64,000 bases of DNA from Octopus vulgaris (lineage: Eukaryota). A program made the translations under genes and the position numbers. Under the pieces are notes generated by a model. The model was not told the DNA's origin. It did no database searches and saw nothing but the letters and a program-made list of their open reading frames with translations. The stretch lies in contig OX597817.1 of assembly GCA_951406725.2 (NCBI GenBank), positions 74,896,001 to 74,960,000 on the forward strand, read 5' to 3'. Shown piece by piece: positions 28,901 to 42,886 of this stretch. Position 1 is the first letter of the stretch. Each line of letters begins with the position of its first letter.

Positions 28901-29860
28901 AAGTGATGTTATTATTACTTCATTGGTTTTGACACAGCAGTGACATTGTTGCTTCCTTTAATTGTACTGGCATTGGTTGGATGTAATCACAACTGTGTTG
29001 CAGTTACAATCGCTGTTTTGACAAAACTGCTGTAACACTGCCACAATAATATCATCTCGCTGTTCTTACGGCACACCACTGCAACACATTCACAAACAGT
29101 GATATTGTCCTCTTAACTCTTGTGGACACATGCTTTGTACACGGCGGGTAACATTGTCATCGTCGTCTAGCTGTCCTGACAAACTCTCTACTGTATGTAA
29201 CATTGCAGTATTTCACTGTTTGTACGACACTCAATTGTAACACAGCAGTAACTCTGTCACCTCCCTGTTCTTTATGATACACAACACATACAAAGCAGTG
29301 ATATGGTTATCTTTCTGCTACTTTTTTTATGACATATCACTGTCCTGTCTTGTTCCTTCATTTTATGTACACACACACACACACATACATACATACATAC
29401 ACAGTGCAATGACAACTGTTGCATTTCCATTCGGTTCAGTCTTGTTACACATTTATTAATTCAGGACAGTGATGTATCTTGTGTTGTGCACATATTAAAA
29501 GGGAGAGGTGCAGTTTCTTTTCTCTGGCAGAAACCAATCTCCTGATTAAAAAACAAAACAAAAAAAAAAACAAAAAAAAGTAGTTGCTATGGACTGTGTA
29601 ACATGGTGGCATTATCATGCTGGAATAAACTTGTGAGAAATATTAGCACTGTACATATTCCCTTCCCTTCTCTTTCACCATTTAACCTTCGATTCCCCAC
29701 TTTTGTTTTTTCCTTTTTTTTTTTCTTTTTAGTTAATTGAGAAAATAAAATCTGTAATACGATGGTAACAATGTTTTTTTTTTCTTTGTTTTTTTTCCTC
29801 CATTTTATTCTGATGGTTTCAATTTTTTTCAATAAAAGTTTTTTAAAATTGGCTTCATAT
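24430..29860 (+). other. Putative long 3'UTR of RanBP9/10 with candidate alternative polyA signals
   Basis: About 5.4 kb without the SINE/MITE copies found every 1-2 kb elsewhere. AATAAA at 24705, ~25765 and 29831; the last is followed by a T-rich tract, after which TEs resume. Confidence 0.5.
27440..27970 (+). repeat. Degenerate minisatellite (~45-50 bp unit, ~147 bp higher-order duplication)
   Basis: Recurring gtcacaacactgtaca motif; 27527-27656 is repeated at 27674-27810. Confidence 0.75.
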
Positions 29861-30600
29861 TTTTTTTTTTTTTAAATTTTATTTGCCTTTTTGTCAATAA
29901 AGTAAGTACTAAGATTGATGTTATTGAATGACTATAACCCTAAATAGCACTGTCCTGTCATCCCCACGCCTTCTCTCTCTCCTTATAATGATCACAGGCC
30001 CAGTGACTGAAACCAATTCAACCTTTAGCAGTCAACTGTATTTGCATTGTTTTAAACCAATTATGGGCATAACAGTGTGGTAAGAAGTTTGCTTCTCAAC
30101 CACATGGTTCCAGGTTCAGTCCCACTGTATGGCATCTTGGGCAAGTATTTTCTACTCTAGCACCGGGTTGGCCATAACCTTGTGAGTAGATTTGTAGATG
30201 GAAACTGAAAGAAACCTATTGTGAGTTTGTGTATGTGTGTGTATCTATATATGTATGTATCTGTGTGTGTGTTTGTCCACCACCACTTGACAACTGGTGT
30301 TGGTTTGTTTACTCCTCTGTAACTTAGCAGTTTGGCAAAAGAAACCAATAGAATAAATACCAGGCTTAAAAAGAAAATAAATACTGGGGTTGATTTGTTT
30401 AACTAAACATGTCAAGGTGATGCCCCAGCATGGCCACAATACAATGACTGGAACAAGTAAAAGATAAAAAATATAGCTTCGAGATTTCAATGATGTGACT
30501 TTTTTACATTTAGAATGACATTGTAGGGTAGTTGTGAGGGGCTGAATCCGGCTAGTTTGAACAAAAAACTGGTAGAACATTTGGACTGGATATGGCTGGT

Positions 30601-30828
30601 TTAACCCTTTCGTTACTGTATTTATTTTGAGATGCTCTGTGTTTCTTTCAATTACTTTAAATATAACAAAGAATTTAGTAAAATAACTTAGTTATCATTC
30701 AGCTAGTGTTAGGAACATAAATTGTGACTAAGATTTGGTGGAAGATTTTAATTGAAAACTTATGAAAACAAGATATTTGTACTTAGAGCCAGAGCCAGTT
30801 TCAGCCAGGTTGGTAATGAAAGGGTTAA
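30601..30828. mobile_element. piggyBac-type MITE
   Basis: TTAA-CCCTTTCGTTAC...GTAATGAAAGGG-TTAA: terminal inverted repeats with a TTAA target duplication. Confidence 0.8.
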
Positions 30829-31901
30829 ATGCTAAAAGGTAATAAATATCTATTGCCAATCAACAGTATATATTAGGGTGAATTGGTTGCCCTTTCATAG
30901 AATTATTGCTTGTCTATGGGGAGTAAATCAATCACATTGACTTAAGAGAGAAGACCTGAATATTATTTAACCTACATGGTTCCAACGTCTCAAAGAGTAC
31001 CAGCAATGTAAGAGAAGTGAAATTTTTTGCAGCTATTATGTGACACCATGATGGTTTGATGGTAGTTCTGGTAGAACATCAGACAAATCCTTTGGTATAT
31101 TTAGTTAGGTCCCTTTATGTTGATGAGTTTTAAATCCTGTCCAGGTCTACTTTGTCATTCTCCATTCTAAGGTTGATAAAATAAGTACTAGACCTAGGGC
31201 TCAATGAATTCACTGACTATACAAGTGGTTTTCAAATGATGCACTCTTGTACCACAAAGGGTATCTAGGTGGACTGAATTTTTTTAAGGTATAATTTTTG
31301 GCTTTAAAAATCTGTATTTATGCTTGAATATCTTGAAAAATGTGTTATAAATCTTGTTACACACGCACATGATTTAATAAAAAAAACAAGGTAAGCAATA
31401 GTTTTTCTATATATCTTGTCTAAATTTTTCACTTTGAAACATTTTGCTTTTTTTTGTCTTTTAAAATTTCCAAGAAAAGTGCACCCATATGGTGGACCAT
31501 GAAGTGAAAAAGACTGAGAACCACTGGACTATAACCTTAGAAGACAATACCCCAGCATGGCCACAGTTCAAACACTGAACACAGTATAATATTAGATTGT
31601 AACTGAATCACAAACTCAATTTAGCTGAGGACTTTCTCCTTATTTTACAGCACTCTCTAGTCGTCTTCTCACAGGTGTATATGCATGTGTTCATAGTTAA
31701 TAATTGAAGTTCTGGGTTGTGAAATTCATAAAATGTACTACATGAGCATTACCATATTTGGTATAATCTTCAAACTTCATGTGGAAAAATTCTTGCCTAT
31801 TTTTGCTCATAGAAAGAAAACCAAAAGAGATGTGTATATTCTAAATAGAATGTGAGCACAGTGAGGATTTGCCTCCAATAAGTTCCATAATTCAAATTGG
31901 A

Positions 31902-32361
31902 TTAACTCTTTTGATACCTATTTCTTTACAACCCACAAGGGGCTAAACACAGAGAGGATAAACAAGGACAGACAAATGGATTAAGTCAATTATATCGACC
32001 CCAGTGTGTAACTGGTACTTATTTAATCGACCCCGAAAGGATGAAAGGCAAAGTCGACCTTGGCGGAATTTGAACCCAGAACATAACGGCAGATGAAATA
32101 CCACTAAGCATTTAACCCGGCGTGCTAACGATTCTGCCAGCTCGCCGCCTTTTGATACTAATGCCACTGAGACAGCCCTTGGTTTTAGGATAAAAACTGT
32201 TCTAAAGTGATCTAAAAACCTATTGTAATTCTATGATAATTTGTGTTCCAAACATCAGTATAATAATGACAAAGTTATTTTACTAAATTTTTCATAAATT
32301 GCAAAATTAATTGAAATGGAAGCAGTGTATTTCAACAGAAATAAGGTAACAAAAGGGTTAA
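31902..32361. mobile_element. piggyBac-type MITE carrying a young SINE (31919-32150, -)
   Basis: TTAA-CTCTTTTGATACC...GGTAACAAAAGGG-TTAA; the SINE is flanked by the duplication cttttgatac. Confidence 0.75.
31919..32150 (-). mobile_element. SINE family B, young copy (others at ~220-1075, 6412-6633, 19915-20355, 47428-47645, 52885-53045, 61630-61820)
   Basis: ggcggcgagctggcagaatcg head, gttcaaattcc B-box, and gcctttcatcctttcggggtcgat..aagtaccag (Meta-domain-like) core. Confidence 0.8.
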
Positions 32362-32959
32362 AGGACTGTCTTCTTACATAGATGTATCCCTTCAACAGAT
32401 CAAGGAAGCCAGAATAGCACATTTTTTTTATAAGGCTAAGAGCTGTTTGTAAGATCTTGAGTTTGTGGATGTACACAAGGATTGCACTGAATGTAAGGTA
32501 TCATATTAAATAGTTTCCTATGCAAGGATTGGTAAAATTCTAGACCTCAAAGCTAATGTCATAGTTTCCCATGGAGGGATTGGTAGAATTCTAGACCTTA
32601 AAGCTAATGTCAGTTTTCCAAAATGTTCACACTGCCCACTTTCAGTAGAGTTGTATGGGGTCAAGTAGCTTATTGAGACAACCCTCAGTCTCTCATGCAA
32701 AAGATGAAATGCAGATTCCTCAATCAAAATGGACATATTCAGATATACTAAAGACAGAAAATAATGTAGCCCTGCAAAAACATTGTTGAAGCAATGGGAA
32801 AACAAACAGAAATATTCATCAGAAACAATCAACAGCTAATTATTACTTGACAAAGCTGATGGACCCTTAAAACCAACAGTATAGGGTTAAAAAGATGATG
32901 AGCTTATGTGGTTCTGGATGGTGGTTATATGGTAGCTTTAACTTCTATTGAGTACAAGG

Positions 32960-33245
32960 GTGACTGGCTTTGAACTGGTTGATCACCCTCCCTATTCTGA
33001 TTTGGCCCCATCTGACTATCACCTGTTCCCCAACATGGAAAAACACTTGGTTGAGAACCAGTATTACAGTGATGTCATATCTGCTGTTGATGACTTTTTT
33101 TTACCTATATGGATGAAAGCTTCTTCACCAGTGGAAGAAGTGTGTAGACCTCAGTGGAGGGACTATGTTGAGAAATAAACCTCTTTGGCCACATTCCATA
33201 AGAGTATCTTGGTCAGTCTATGAACTTTTCAGCCATACGCTCATA
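32960..33245 (+). mobile_element. Mariner transposase 3' remnant
   Basis: GFELVDHPPYSDLAPSDYHLFP matches the mariner HPPYSPDLAPSDY motif; ends DYVEK-stop followed by TIR-like sequence. Confidence 0.8.
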
Positions 33246-34432
33246 CAGATGATTTTGAACCTGAACAAAACACATCAACTTTGTAATACCATTACAGCAG
33301 AGAGATTTATGGAATTCTAAGAGGTGACACTGTGATGTAGCATCACAAAAGTCATTCAATAGTACATCTGCTACAGCATTAACAAATCTAGGATGACGTA
33401 AATTTTGTAACAGATCTGCACAAGTTTTAATTACCAGCATGATGATTTCTCATTTTTAATCTCTTAGTTTTATGTCTTCCATCATATCTATCAAAGGAGA
33501 TGCAAGCACTTTTACACACAACAGAACTTTAACCAACCAAATTCACTCACAAGGCTTTGGTCAGCCAGAGGCTGTAGTAGAAGACATAAACAGCAGGTTT
33601 CTGATCTGTTACTGTGTTGAATTATCTGCCTAAGAGAAAGTGACACTGCTTCTTGATGGCTTCAGCTATTGCACAAAACTTTTTCTCTTATTTAGAATAA
33701 TTCTCACCAGATTTTAATTAATGAGACTGCATTTCTCAGTTCTATTCTTGACTAAAAAAAATTCTTTTAGTTACCAGGATTCACATATACACAGGAAAAT
33801 AACATATTCATTGGAGTGTATATCTACCTCAACTAGTTTTGTCTGATCAATGCAGGTATTAAAAAGTGGACATTGAAATGATGATGGTGATAATTTGTTT
33901 ATCAAGAGGACTGAAACAGAAACATAACTTCAGAATCCACATTTTATTGATTCTACTCTACTCCAAGATTCAGTTATACTCTCCAAACATTTTGTCCATT
34001 ACATTAACAATCTACTTGCCTCCACCTGTGACAACATTCACACCTGTGTAAAACAATACATGTTTTACCTACTCCTTAACTTTTCTCACACAAATTCTGT
34101 CCCACATGTATGATAGACATTCTCATCAAATATGATGCAGTATTTCTAGAAACAAAGTTCTTGAAAACATTTTGCAAATGAGAACATGATAACTACACCT
34201 TCTTCAACAGCATCAAGGTACAATCACTAGACATGTCAAGGAAATGTTCTTGTACTTCACCAAAGTAGGTGATATTTCAAATAATCTATTGAGTACAAAC
34301 ATTACACAAGCTGGCTTTGTTTTGATAGACGATTGTAAACCAACAACTTTGCTTCTTTGACAATAATATTTGTTTACAGTGAGCACATGAGGCAACATAC
34401 ATGCACACTTATACCCACACACATTCAGACAT

Positions 34433-34477
<45 letters not shown>

Positions 34478-34542
34478 TAAAACGGTAAGATAACAAAAGA
34501 AAGAAAGAGACCTCAATATTATGTAAATAGAGGAAATTTATC

Positions 34543-34749
34543 TATACAATAATATGTTACATTACTCAATAGTCAAGATAAAACTCTGAATTTCAGATGC
34601 CGAAGTGGGAATCCACGATATCTCTTCGGTTATCTGGCTATTTGAAAACGCGTTTTCAAATAGCCAGATAACCGAAGAGATATCGTGGATTCCCACTTCG
34701 GCATTGTAACTCAGAGTTTTATCTTGACTATTGAGTAATGTAACATATT

Positions 34750-34757
<8 letters not shown>
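34543..34757. repeat. Near-perfect 215-bp palindrome, each arm carrying a degenerate hammerhead
   Basis: Centre AAAACG|CGTTTT at 34650/34651. Arms read agataa-CCGAAGA-...-GAAA-ttc a gag-TT-ttatct (34576-34635, -) and the same with GTAA (34666-34724, +). Confidence 0.85.
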
Positions 34758-34828
<71 letters not shown>

Positions 34829-35027
34829 ATATATATGTATATATATATATATATATGTATGTATATATATATGTATGTATATATATATATGTATATATAT
34901 ATATGTATGTATATATGTATGTATATATATATATGTATGTATATATATATGTATGTATATATATATGTATGTGTATGTATATATATATATGTAAGTATAT
35001 ATATATATGTATGTATATATATATATG

Positions 35028-35070
<43 letters not shown>

Positions 35071-35112
35071 GTATGTATATATATATATATGTATGTATAT
35101 ATATATATATGT

Positions 35113-38100
35113 ATCATCATCATCATCATCGTTTAACGTCCGCTTTCCGCGCTAGCACGGGTTGGACGGTTTGACCGGGTCTGGGAAGCCAGGGGCCGCT
35201 CCAGGCTCCAGTCTGAATCTGGCAGAGTTTCTACGGCTGGATGCCCTTCCTAACGCCAACCACTCCGTGAGTGGATTGGGTGCTTTTTACGTGCCACCTG
35301 CACAGGGGCCGGAGGGTCCGGCATCGTCACGATCGGTTCGAGCATTTTAACGTGTCAGCGGCACGGGGGCAACGAGGTCCGGGGTACTTTGGGGATCGGG
35401 GTATTTTGGGGATCCAGGGTACTTTGGGGATCCGGGGTACTTTGGGGATCCGGGGTACTTAGAATGGGTAGGGGGTATGTGGAATTGCTGCAGAAAGCAG
35501 CCCGGGTCTTTGTAGTCACAGCATATCTCCAGAGATCTCGGTCCTTCGCCATTGCCTCAGTGAGGCCCAATGCTCTGAGGTCATGCTTGACCACCTCATC
35601 CCATGTCTTCCTGGGTCTACCTCTCCCCCTGATACCTTCAACTGTTTGGGAGTGGCACTTCTTCACACATCTCTCTTCATCCATCCGCAGCACATGACCA
35701 TACCATCGCAAGCGTCGCTCTTGCACACCACATCTGATGTTTCTTATATCCAGCATTTCTCTCAGGATACTTACACTCTGTTTTGCGTGCACACTGACAC
35801 TACACATCCAGCGGATCATGCTAGCTTCATTTCTTTCAAGTCTACGCATGTCTTCTGCAGTCACAGCCCATGTTTCATTACCGTGAAGCATGGCAGTTCG
35901 CACACATGCATCATATAATCTACCTTTTGCTCTGAGGGAGAGGCCTTTTGTTGCCAGTAGGGGTAGGAGCTTTCTGAACTTTGCCCAGGCTATTCGTATT
36001 CTAGTGGTGATACTCTCTGTGCATCCACCTCCGCTACTAACTTGGTCTCCCAGGTAGCGGAAACTATCAACTACTTCTAGTTTCTCTCCCTGGAGTGTGA
36101 TGGAATCTGTTTTCTGAGTGTCTGTTGTGTCTATTGTCCCTGTGCATCTGCCGCACATGAAAGCTATCTTATCTGTTAATTTCCCTTTAATGTTGCTGCA
36201 CCTCTTATGTGTCCATAACTTACATTGGGTGCATCTTATGGAGTTTCTACCTGTACCTTTCCTACAGGTTGAGCAGGGCCACCTACCCGAGGGGATGTGT
36301 GTTGAGTACCTCTTGCTGCTTACTAATACTTTGGTCTTTGCTACATTTATTCTAAGGCCCTTTGATTCCAACCCTTGCTTCCATACCCGAAATTTCTCTT
36401 CTAGTTCCGGTAGTGATTCTGCTATGAGAGCTAGGTCATCGGCATAGAGGAGCTCCCAGGGGCATCCCGTTTTGAATTCCTCTGTTATTGCTTGAAGGAC
36501 TATGATGAACAAAAGGGGACTGAGGGCTGAGCCCTGGTGCACAGCTACTTCTACTCGGAATTCTTCACTATATTCGTTGCCAATCCTAACCTTGCTAACA
36601 GCCTCTCTGTATAGAGCCTGTACAGCCCTTATTAGCCATTCTTCAATCTCCAGTTTCCGCATCGACCACCAGATAAGGGAACGGGGAACCCTGTCAAAGG
36701 CTTTCTCCAAGTCTACAAAAGCTATGTAGAGGGGTTTATCTTTAGCTAGGTACTTCTCCTGCAGTTGTCGGACCAGGAATATAGCATCAGTGGTGCTTCT
36801 ACCTGGTACAAAACCGAACTGCATTTCATCTAAACAAATTCTCTCCCTAATGAGATTGGTTATGACCTTCTCTGAGACCTTCATCACCTGGTCCAACAGT
36901 TTGATACCTCTGTAGTTATTTCTATCTAGAGCATCACCCTTACCCTTGTAGCAGTTGACTATGGTACTGCTGCACCAGTCATTAGGTATGGCTCCATTGT
37001 GAACTACCTGGTTTACAATGCGGGTGACTATGGCATGGCCCACATAGCCAGCTGTTTTAAGCATCTCAGCAGTGATTCCTGATAGGCCAGGGGCTTTGCC
37101 TGGTTTCATATCCTTAATTGCCTTATCTACAAGGGAGCTGTCTATTCGGGTAGCTGGTCCCTCTACTGGGTCAACATTTGGCAGGCTCTCCTCCTCCCAT
37201 TCATTCTCCTCATTTAGCAGTCTTTCATAATGGCTTCTCCAAGCCTCTTTCTTTTCACTAGTAGTAAAAAAAGCAAGTGCGGACACATTTCTCTCCTATA
37301 ACATCGCTATTTTCTCTGACACACTGTCTGGCAATCCGAAATACTTCAGCTCTTTGATCCTCGCGACGCTGGACATTGGCAAACTTCTTCTTTTCTGCTA
37401 CATCTTTGGCAATGTATACCTGCCGCCCAGCCTCCCTTTTGGCTATCTGGTACAGTTCCCTGCTGCCCCCATCCTTCCAGGCTTTCCAGGCCCGTCTCTT
37501 TTCACAGATGGCTTTATCTACTGCACTATTCCACCACCACGTAATTCTAGGTCTGGAAGGGACTTTGCACCATCCACAAACTTGGTCTGTGGCACTCAAC
37601 AAGCTGTCCTGTAGGAATTCCCAGCTACCTTCTATGTCTGACGTCTGAAGCTCCTCTTCCCTCTCATCAAATTTCTTGATGAGTATGTCCCTAAATTTCT
37701 GACCATGCGAAGGGTTCTTTAGCCTCCAAATCCTTCTTTTCTGGATTGGTTTGTTTCTTGGAGTCCTTCTGGCCTCAAGCTTAAAGTCACTGATGATTAG
37801 TCTATGCTAGGGATACATTCTTCACCCGGGAGGGTCTTTGTATTCAAGAGCAACCCTGCATCCCGTTGTCTGGTGAGGATGAAGTCTATTTGGCTAGCGG
37901 AGTCTCCTGACTGATAAGTTATAAGGTGGCAGACTGGCTTCTTGAAGTTAGTGTTGCAGATTGAAAGGTTACATGCATCACAGAATTCCAGTAGTCTAGT
38001 TCCCTCATCATTTCTGGTGCCAATACCATATCCACCATGTACCCCAGTGAAGATACCCGATTCCCGCCCAACATGCCCGTTAAAATCTCCACCTACAAAG

Positions 38101-39875
38101 ATGAGGTCCTTGTTACTAGTCTTTGAAGTAGCCTGCAGAAGGGTATCATAAAAGTTGTCCTTCTGATCATTTGGTAGTCCCGCTTGTGGGGCATAGGCTG
38201 AGATAATCATAGCTGTGCCACTCTGTAGGACCAACCTGAGCTTAAGCACTCTATCACAAACCCTGACAACCTCTATGACCTTATCCACCCATTCCTCCGC
38301 AAGGAGAATGCCTACACCCCCTACACCTTCCGCGTTACCTTGCCAGTAGAGTTTGTATCTAAGTGCCTTGCCCGTGAGGACCCTAGCCAAAGCATCTCTC
38401 CATCTTACCTCTTGTATGCAGCATACATCAACCTGTCTTCTCTCTAGCATCTCTACAATCTCACTAGACTTGCCTGTCAATGTACCAACATTGATAGTGC
38501 CAACTCTGAAAACTGGGAAGGAGATGTGGGGGGGACAGGGGGATTCGGCGCCTGAGAAGAGGAGGGTTGTAGTGGTGGTGATAGTTTTCGTGGTATTTTT
38601 CTTTTGATCTCTCTTCCAACCTGACCACGCCGTGGGCAGGAGCTGGTGTTAGCAGTGGACATTTGTTATCGTCACTGAGTAACGTAATTAGGTAGAGGAA
38701 AGAAATACAGATATTCTAGAGTTGAGTTGGGGAGGGGGGTCCAGTTGAGGCGGGTAATATAGGGGAGCAACCAGTGGGGAAGGTTGGGGTAAGGAGGAAC
38801 GATGGCAGGAAGGGTTGGTGTAGGTTCCTAAGAAATAAAAACGTAGGATATTACGAGGCGGGAGGGTACTAAAAGGGGGATGGTCGGATTGACGAGGCGG
38901 GAGGGTACTAAAAGGGGATGGTCGGATTGAGGCAGTGTCAGGAGGAAGCGTAAGATCGGTGGGCAGTTGATGAGCTATGGCGCTAGCAGCTTGTCTTAAG
39001 CATATGAGGAGAAGGGGTAGTGGGGGGAGGAGGAGGGAGTAGGGCGTACCCAGTGTAGATGAGTAAGGCGTATCCAGTGTAGATGGAGAGAACGGGGTAT
39101 ACTGGTATTGGTGGTGTTGGGGTGAGAACAGTGTTCAACGGTATTGGTGGTGGGGGTGAGAACAGTGTTCAACGGTATTGGTGGTGGGGGTGAGAACAGT
39201 GTTCAACGGTATTGGTGGTGGGGGTGGGGGGGCGGGCGCACCGCCAATGGCTGAAAGATGGGAAAAGATGGGATTACGGCTTGAGGCAGCCTACGGTTAA
39301 ATATTGTAGAGAGAGCGATAGGAAAGATAAATCAAGTTATGGCGAAGGCTTGAAAGTAGCCTAAAAAAGGTTAAATTTTCGTAACAGTGTATGAATAAAC
39401 GTAGTAACAACGAATAAAAAAAATAGTAAGATAAATTTTTAAGAACTTGCTGCGGTCATCGAGCGGGAGTTGAAATTGAAGAAGAAAGTAAGTTGAACTG
39501 GGAATTTAAATTGCAGAATCGTAATAGTAATAGTAATGGCGGTTTTCAAGTTTTAGCATATGAAGAAGAAGAGGAGGAAAAAGAAGACCGCCAATGGCTG
39601 AAAGATGGGAAAACATGGGATTACGGCTTGAGGCAGCCTACGGTTAAATATTGTAGAGAGAGCGATAGGAAAGATAAATCAAGTTATGGCGAAGGCTTGA
39701 AAGTAGCCTAAAAAAGGTTAAATTTTCGTAACAGTGTATGAATAAACGTAGTAACAACGAATAAAAAAAAATAGTAAGATAAATTTTTAAGAACTTGCTG
39801 CGGTCATCGAGCTGGAGTTGAAATTGAAGAAGAAAGTAAGTTGAACTGGGAATTTAAATTGCAGAATCGTAATAG
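35113..39875 (-). mobile_element. RTE-clade LINE, near full length, frameshifted (APE endonuclease + RT)
   Basis: APE motifs (VGTINVGTL, CCIQEVRW, GDFNGHVG, SQIDFIL) in 37797-38510. RT motifs (KAPG, NYRGIKLL, QFGF, AFVDLEKAFDRV, LLYADDL) in 35355-37286. Frameshifts near 37270, 37610 and 37810. (GAT)n 3' tail at 35113-35130. The 5' limit is approximate. Confidence 0.92.
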
Positions 39876-40557
<682 letters not shown>

Positions 40558-40562
<5 letters not shown>

Positions 40563-42820
40563 TCCTCATCAAAACTGGCCTGAATGTCTTCTCACATGGA
40601 CATCGACATGACCTTATATAATGTCCTGTAATGCAAGCCATATGCTACAAATGTGTCCCTAGAGAGAAAGGCCACTGTACACAAGAACAAAATCCCCAGA
40701 GAGAGGAAAATTTTAATGAGACGGCGTACTGAAATTTCAAATCGCCTAAACAAACAGATTGAAAGCAGTGAAAAGTCCCGCCTGAAAATAAAACTGTTGG
40801 AAATTGAAAAATTGTCTGCAACTCTCCCATGAAAAGGAAAGAGCAGACAAAGAAGCCTGGGCTATAGAACAACATACAAAAATCTAACTCCCAGAGCTTT
40901 CTACAGGTATGCCAAAAAAAGAAACAGCTACAGTGTGCACTGTAGGATAGAGGCCACTCCTTGAAAAGGATGGCACACTTACAGGAAAACCAATGAGGGT
41001 AAGTGAAATACTGAATGAGCAATTCAAGAGTGTTTTCACTCCACCCCTTGGGCATCTCCAAATCACCAATCCAACTGACTTCTTTACCACTGCAGATATA
41101 AATCAGAGGGCGGCGGACGATAGATTACATCGATATAAAGGAAGACGATGTAATAAAGGCTATAGATGAAATGAAAACAGACTCAGCTACTGGCCCCGAT
41201 GGATTCCCGGCAATCCTCCTAAAAGTATGTAAGAGAGTCCTTAGCAAGACCACTGCAGTTCCTCTTTTCAGAGCTTCCTTGCAGCTGGCAAACTTCAAGG
41301 GGAAAACTGAAGGAAGGTAAAATATGCCCCTATTCATAAAGGAGGTAGCAGAGCGGAGGCCAAGAACTACAGACCTATCTCTCTGACCTCACACATCAGC
41401 AAGGTCATGGAACGAATAGTCAGAAGGAAACTGATCACCTTCCTTGAAGAAAATGACTTGCTGCCCTGACACCCAACATGGTTTCCGACCAGGAAGAAGC
41501 TGCTTAACTCAGCTCCTACAACACTCATGACTGGGTGCTGAAACAAGGCTGCTCAACCACTCAAATGTGGAAGTGATATATCTCGACTTTCGCAAAGGCC
41601 TTTCGATAAAGTCGATCACGGAATGATATGTTGCAAACCTGTTCCGTGATCTTCAGCATAGTTGGAAAACTGGGAGAATGGCTTCACGACTTTCTGAAGA
41701 ATAGAAGTCAGGTGGTAGTAGCCAGCATGGGGCCACCTTCCATTAACACGCAAATAGTGAGCGGTGTTCCGCAGGGCACTGTTTTGGGACCACTACTGTT
41801 CATAATGGCCCTCTCAGACATGCCCTCAGCCACGCAGAGAGCCACGATCACAAGTTATGCAGATGATACAAAAGTTTCACAGGCAATACAGAACCCTGAG
41901 GACACTAAACACCTGCAATGTGAGCTGGACAAAATATACAAGTGGGCTGAAAAGAATAGCATGCAGTTCAATGCTGAAAAGTTTCAAGCTTTATGCTATC
42001 AGCATGCAAAACTAAATGCAATTACCCAATAGACACACTGGACCCTGGAGGAATTGCAATCCCAGAGGCACAATCAGTGCGTGACCTGGGTATTCACATG
42101 AGTGATGACGCGACCTTTCATGTACATGTTGCTAAACTGGCAATGAAATGTAGCGGCTGGCTGGATGGATTCTTAGAACCTTTAGAACAAGAGAACAAGA
42201 AACCATGATGGTCCTCTGGAAGACACTTGTCCTAAGCCACTTTGACTATTGCTCTCAGCTATGGTCACCATCCAGTGTCAAGTTGATCACAGAACTTGAG
42301 GCGATCCAACGAAAGCTACACAAAGAAGATAGCCTCTATGCAGAATGTAAGCTACTGGGAAAGACTCAAGAGATTATATTCCCTGGAGCGTAGGCGGGAA
42401 AGATATGCCATAATATACATCTGGAAGATCCTGGAGGGAAGTGCGAACTGGGCGCCACTGCGTGGTGCCTAGGACTCCAAACCTGCCATCAAGATGTAGG
42501 ACAAGATACTGTGATAGCCTGGGCTTCCGAGGCCCACAGCTCTTCAATATCCTCCCGAAGAACCTGAGAGACCTGCATGGGGTGGATACAGATGTCTTTA
42601 AAATGAAGCTGGATCTCTTCCTGTCAGGTGTCCCAGATGAACCAACTTCACGGCAGGAGGGGCAGATGAGGGCAGCTGCATCGAACTCTCTCATGCACCA
42701 AATAGCAGCTGCTAGAAAGCCTCCATGAAGTGAAACCAAGTAGCAACACAAAATGGCGGTGCCCCAGCATGGCCACAGCTCATAAGCTGAAACTAGAATC
42801 AATCAATCAATCAATCAATC
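40558..42820 (+). mobile_element. CR1-group LINE, 5'-truncated and heavily frameshifted
   Basis: GPDGFP, NYRPISLTSHISKVMERIV, QHGFRPGRSC, SGVPQGTVLGPLLF, YADDTK, DYCSQLWSP spread across frames. (ATCA)n tail at 42798-42820. Flanked by (TA)n. Confidence 0.88.
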
Positions 42821-42847
42821 ATATGTATGTATATATATATATATATG

Positions 42848-42886
<39 letters not shown>

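Noticed and set aside
35389-37648. Plus-strand ORFs overlapping the RTE
   Set aside because: Antisense shadows of the RT ORF.
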